Shown in pieces: positions 61,219-64,000 of a stretch of DNA of 64,000 bases. The stretch's first letter is position 1. Every line of letters begins with the position of its first letter. The stretch spans positions 746 through 64,745 of the forward strand of contig JANNSS010000043.1 in the NCBI GenBank assembly GCA_031402955.1, in the 5' to 3' direction. Source of the stretch: Saprospiraceae bacterium (lineage in GTDB: Bacteria > Bacteroidota > Bacteroidia > Chitinophagales > Saprospiraceae). The notes under the pieces are model-generated. The model saw only the letters and a list, made by a program, of their open reading frames with translations, did not search any database and was not told the DNA's origin. The position numbers were made by a program, and so were the translations under genes.

Positions 61219-62192
61219 TGAGTAATAAACCAATATCTGATTTCATCCTACATCATTACAGGCACTTCAATGCAGCAGCTTTGGTAGATGCAGCGAAAGG
61301 ATACGTTGCACATCTCGATGAAGGAGGTAAAATGATGATTACGCTCGCAGGCGCTATGAGTACAGCCGAGCTGGGTCTCAGTCTGGCGGAGATGATCCGT
61401 CAGGACAAGGTAAGTATCATCACTTGTACAGGTGCCAACCTGGAAGAAGATATCATGAACCTTGTGGCCCACAGCCATTATAAGCGTGTCCCGAATTACC
61501 GTGATCTGAGTCCGCAGGATGAATGGGACTTGCTTGAAAATCATTACAACCGCGTAACCGATACCTGTATACCTGAAGAAGAAGCTTTCAGGAGGTTGCA
61601 AAAACATATTTATAAACTCTGGAAAGATGCTGACACAAATGGCGAACGATACTTTCCACATGAGTTTATGTACAAAATGCTACTCAGTGGTGTACTGGAC
61701 GAGTACTTTGAAATTGATCCGAAGAATAGCTGGATGATGGCGGCTGCGCAAAAGCAAATTCCTATTGTTGTTCCAGGATGGGAGGATAGCACGATGGGCA
61801 ATATTTTTGCATCCTATGTCATCAAAGGAGATATCAAGGCAGTGACGATGAAAAGTGGTATTGAGTACATGGTGTGGCTCGCAGATTGGTACCGACACAA
61901 TTCCGGTGGTAAAGGTGTAGGTTTCTTTCAAATCGGTGGTGGTATAGCCGGAGATTTTCCGATTTGTGTTGTTCCGATGATGTACCAGGACCTTGAATGG
62001 CATGATGTACCTTTCTGGAGTTATTTTTGTCAGATTTCAGATTCTACAACTTCCTATGGCTCCTATTCAGGTGCTGTTCCGAATGAAAAAATAACCTGGG
62101 GCAAACTGGATATTCACACACCTAAGTTTATAGTTGAATCAGATGCTACGATTGTGGCACCATTGATCTTCGCTTACATTCTTGGTTGGTAG
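61218..62192 (+). CDS. Deoxyhypusine synthase-like protein
   Basis: 324 aa with DHS family similarity along the full length (TLAGAMSTAELG, TCTGANLEEDI, VPGWEDSTMGN). Confidence 0.8.
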   Translation: MSNKPISDFILHHYRHFNAAALVDAAKGYVAHLDEGGKMMITLAGAMSTAELGLSLAEMIRQDKVSIITCTGANLEEDIMNLVAHSHYKRVPNYRDLSPQDEWDLLENHYNRVTDTCIPEEEAFRRLQKHIYKLWKDADTNGERYFPHEFMYKMLLSGVLDEYFEIDPKNSWMMAAAQKQIPIVVPGWEDSTMGNIFASYVIKGDIKAVTMKSGIEYMVWLADWYRHNSGGKGVGFFQIGGGIAGDFPICVVPMMYQDLEWHDVPFWSYFCQISDSTTSYGSYSGAVPNEKITWGKLDIHTPKFIVESDATIVAPLIFAYILGW

Positions 62193-62201
62193 ATGGGGAA
62201 A

Positions 62202-62227
62202 GGCTTAGGGGCTTAGGAGCTTAGAAG
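62202..62227. repeat. Octamer array GGCTTAGG GGCTTAGG AGCTTAGA AG
   Basis: It starts 10 nt after the stop of the DHS-like gene. Confidence 0.85.
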
Positions 62228-62511
62228 TTTAAATGATCTAAGAGGGATAAAAGGAGCAAAGGATGAATGGAGCAAGAGGATAGTTAAACTGCGGCTATGT
62301 GACTCCTGCTACAAACGATAACTCTTTTGGTGGAATCTTCGATCTCCGTAAAAAGAAATATGGGGGATTCAAACCCTTAAATTCTTAAGAGGCGACATGA
62401 AGGAGAAAAGTGAACAAAGGGAAAATTTAACTGCGCCTCTGCGTCTCTGCGCGAAAATAAATACGGAGAACTTTAATACTTTAGTACTCATTGCGGGAGT
62501 AAACTCAGCAA

Positions 62512-63081
62512 TTAAAGTTCGATAAAATTCCTAATCATTGTTTTGCCATCCGGGGTGAGGATAGATTCCGGATGAAACTGCACACCATGTGTGGAATGCG
62601 ACATATGCCGGCAAGCCATAATATTCCCAAACTGGTCTGTTGCTGTGATCAATAATGGGTCAGGAAGAAAGTCCGGATCACAAACCCAGCTATGATACCT
62701 GCCTGCTAAAAAAGGATTTGAGATGCCTTTAAAAACAACATCATCCGAATCGATCATACTGACCATGGAGGAAACACCGTGTTGAACAACTGGCAGGTTG
62801 AAAAGTCTTCCACCAAAAGCTTCATAAATAGCCTGTAATCCAAGACAAATTCCCAGGATGGGTACTTTTCCTGAATAATGATTGATGACAGGAATTATTT
62901 TTCCGGCTTTTGCGGGTAAACCAGGCCCTGGGGAAATGACAATCTTTTCAAACGAATCAAGATCCTTCAATTCGAAAGCGTCATTTTTAAAGATGGTCAG
63001 TCTGACCCCAACCTGTTCTTTTATGTATTGAGCCAGATTGTAGGTAAAGGAATCATAATTATCCATGAGCACAATCTCCAT
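62512..63081 (-). CDS. trpG: Glutamine amidotransferase subunit of anthranilate/aminodeoxychorismate synthase
   Basis: 189 aa with GICLGLQ (nucleophile Cys) and FHPES. No trpE or pabB is adjacent. Confidence 0.88.
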   Translation of the reverse strand: MEIVLMDNYDSFTYNLAQYIKEQVGVRLTIFKNDAFELKDLDSFEKIVISPGPGLPAKAGKIIPVINHYSGKVPILGICLGLQAIYEAFGGRLFNLPVVQHGVSSMVSMIDSDDVVFKGISNPFLAGRYHSWVCDPDFLPDPLLITATDQFGNIMACRHMSHSTHGVQFHPESILTPDGKTMIRNFIEL

Positions 63082-63224
63082 ACTTGTTTCTGATCTTTAA
63101 CAATCCAGCTGTAACCATCTTATAATGAATGCTATATCTATAAGGGCTTCAGTCTGAGATTCTTTTACATATTAATCGTTACAGACAAAGATTATTCAAT
63201 TTTACCGCTTGAAAATGAAAAAAT

Positions 63225-63250
63225 AAAAATTGTATATTTGCCGTCCGTTT
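63225..63250 (+). promoter_or_regulatory. tRNA-Gly promoter: AAAAATTGTATATTTG (-7 box TATATTTG) plus the CCGTCCGTTT box
   Basis: It shares the same 14-mer TTTGCCGTCCGTTT as the tRNA-His promoter. A TTG lies 21 nt upstream of the -7 box. Confidence 0.6.
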
Positions 63251-63254
63251 AGAT

Positions 63255-63330
<76 letters not shown>

Positions 63331-63333
63331 CAA

Positions 63334-63361
63334 AAAAGCCCTGGATTTCTCCGGGGCTTTT
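63334..63361. terminator. Terminator after tRNA-Gly, shared with the convergent lpxH-like gene
   Basis: Arms AAAAGCCCTGG-ATTTCT-CCGGGGCTTTT (one G-U pair) followed by a T-rich run. Confidence 0.8.
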
Positions 63362-63377
63362 TCTTTTTTACTTTCCT

Positions 63378-64000
63378 TTATTCTCTTTCTTTTTCCAGTT
63401 TAGAATGTGGAAATATGTACTGATCATCTTCCAACTTGGTCAGGATTTCTTCCAGTCCTGGATCTTCATGGACGCCATATCTAAATAACTTCCAGTGCCC
63501 ATTGAGATACTCAAGGGATGTCATATTTTCTACCCAGTCACCTGAATTCATATACATAATGCTACCCTCTTCACTGGTGACCTGTTCGATGCAGGGTTGG
63601 TGGATATGACCGCAAATGACCACATCTACTCCCTTTTTCAGACCCATACGGATTGATTGTTTTTCAAAATCGCTCACAAACTTCACAGCGTGCTTTACGG
63701 ATCTCTTCACCCGGTGTGCAAAGGAAATCCTGGACATGCCGAAACTAACCCTCCAGCGATTGATCCATGCATTGATACGGATAAGCCAATCATAGCCCTT
63801 TCCACCTAATGAAGCGAGAAAAGGGGAAATCAGCACACTGGCATCGAAGACGTCTCCGTGAAAGAACCAATGGGTCTTGTTCTGAATCCTCAACTCCAGC
63901 TGGTGTCTCAATCGGATATTACCCAAATCCAGAGCATTAAATCGCCGGAGTATGTCATCATGATTACCCGTAAGGTAGTAGACAATGGTTCCGGAATTGG
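63378..64000 (-). CDS. lpxH: LpxH-like metallophosphoesterase (UDP-2,3-diacylglucosamine diphosphatase family); the 5' end is off the window
   Basis: The frame stays open to the window edge upstream of the track start. It translates as ...VYYLTGNHDDILRRF... plus FHGDVFD and CGHIHQP, which are calcineurin-like motifs. Confidence 0.7.
   Translation of the reverse strand, partial: NSGTIVYYLTGNHDDILRRFNALDLGNIRLRHQLELRIQNKTHWFFHGDVFDASVLISPFLASLGGKGYDWLIRINAWINRWRVSFGMSRISFAHRVKRSVKHAVKFVSDFEKQSIRMGLKKGVDVVICGHIHQPCIEQVTSEEGSIMYMNSGDWVENMTSLEYLNGHWKLFRYGVHEDPGLEEILTKLEDDQYIFPHSKLEKERE

Noticed and set aside
63082-63254. A tryptophan leader peptide/attenuator upstream of the trpG-like gene
   Set aside because: The only upstream mini-ORF (MVTAGLLKIRNKYGDCAHG) contains no Trp codons, and no alternative terminator/antiterminator pairings are evident.

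Overview
This is a 64 kb chromosomal segment that I assign to Bacteroidota. The evidence is three cargo proteins with type-A T9SS C-terminal sorting domains, a 289-aa RpoD, TAnnTTTG -7 promoter boxes in front of many genes, ECF/FecR and ECF/DUF4252 modules, and lipobox lipoproteins. Finer taxonomy cannot be determined from the sequence alone. I call 54 protein genes (two cut by the window edges), tRNA-His(GTG) and tRNA-Gly(GCC). The content is mostly housekeeping or envelope-related: pdhB, ftsX, fmt, pfkA, cutA, prfB (with the classical +1 frameshift, which the ORF track misses), ndk, rpoD, folC, iscS/iscA, meaB, bcp, sseA, trpG-like and lpxH-like. There is also a 2025-aa alpha-2-macroglobulin, an S8 protease, a LemA-DUF2207 pair, a pentaheme cytochrome, an FG-GAP/ASPIC protein, a dynamin-like GTPase and a polyamine pair (SpeA-like plus deoxyhypusine-synthase-like). 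I see no rRNA, CRISPR array, transposase, integrase, phage genes or recognisable defence system. The unexplained signal lies in the spacers. A family of strictly 7-nt-periodic (locally 8/15-nt) 'word-stutter' arrays abuts stop or start codons at five loci. A 17-nt core (CTGAGCGNAGTCGAAGC) is shared by three of these loci, and a 132-nt nested palindromic element lies at about 32.3 kb. Secondary leads are a T9SS-tagged multiheme cytochrome, a GT2/WbqC/dynamin-like cluster, a 14-nt box shared by both tRNA promoters, and a repeated ATGATTTAATGATTA motif in the iscA leader. Features outside the ORF track were counted by hand, so treat their coordinates as +/-1-2 nt. In 32161-32520 my count disagreed with the ORF track by 1 nt and I corrected it to the track.
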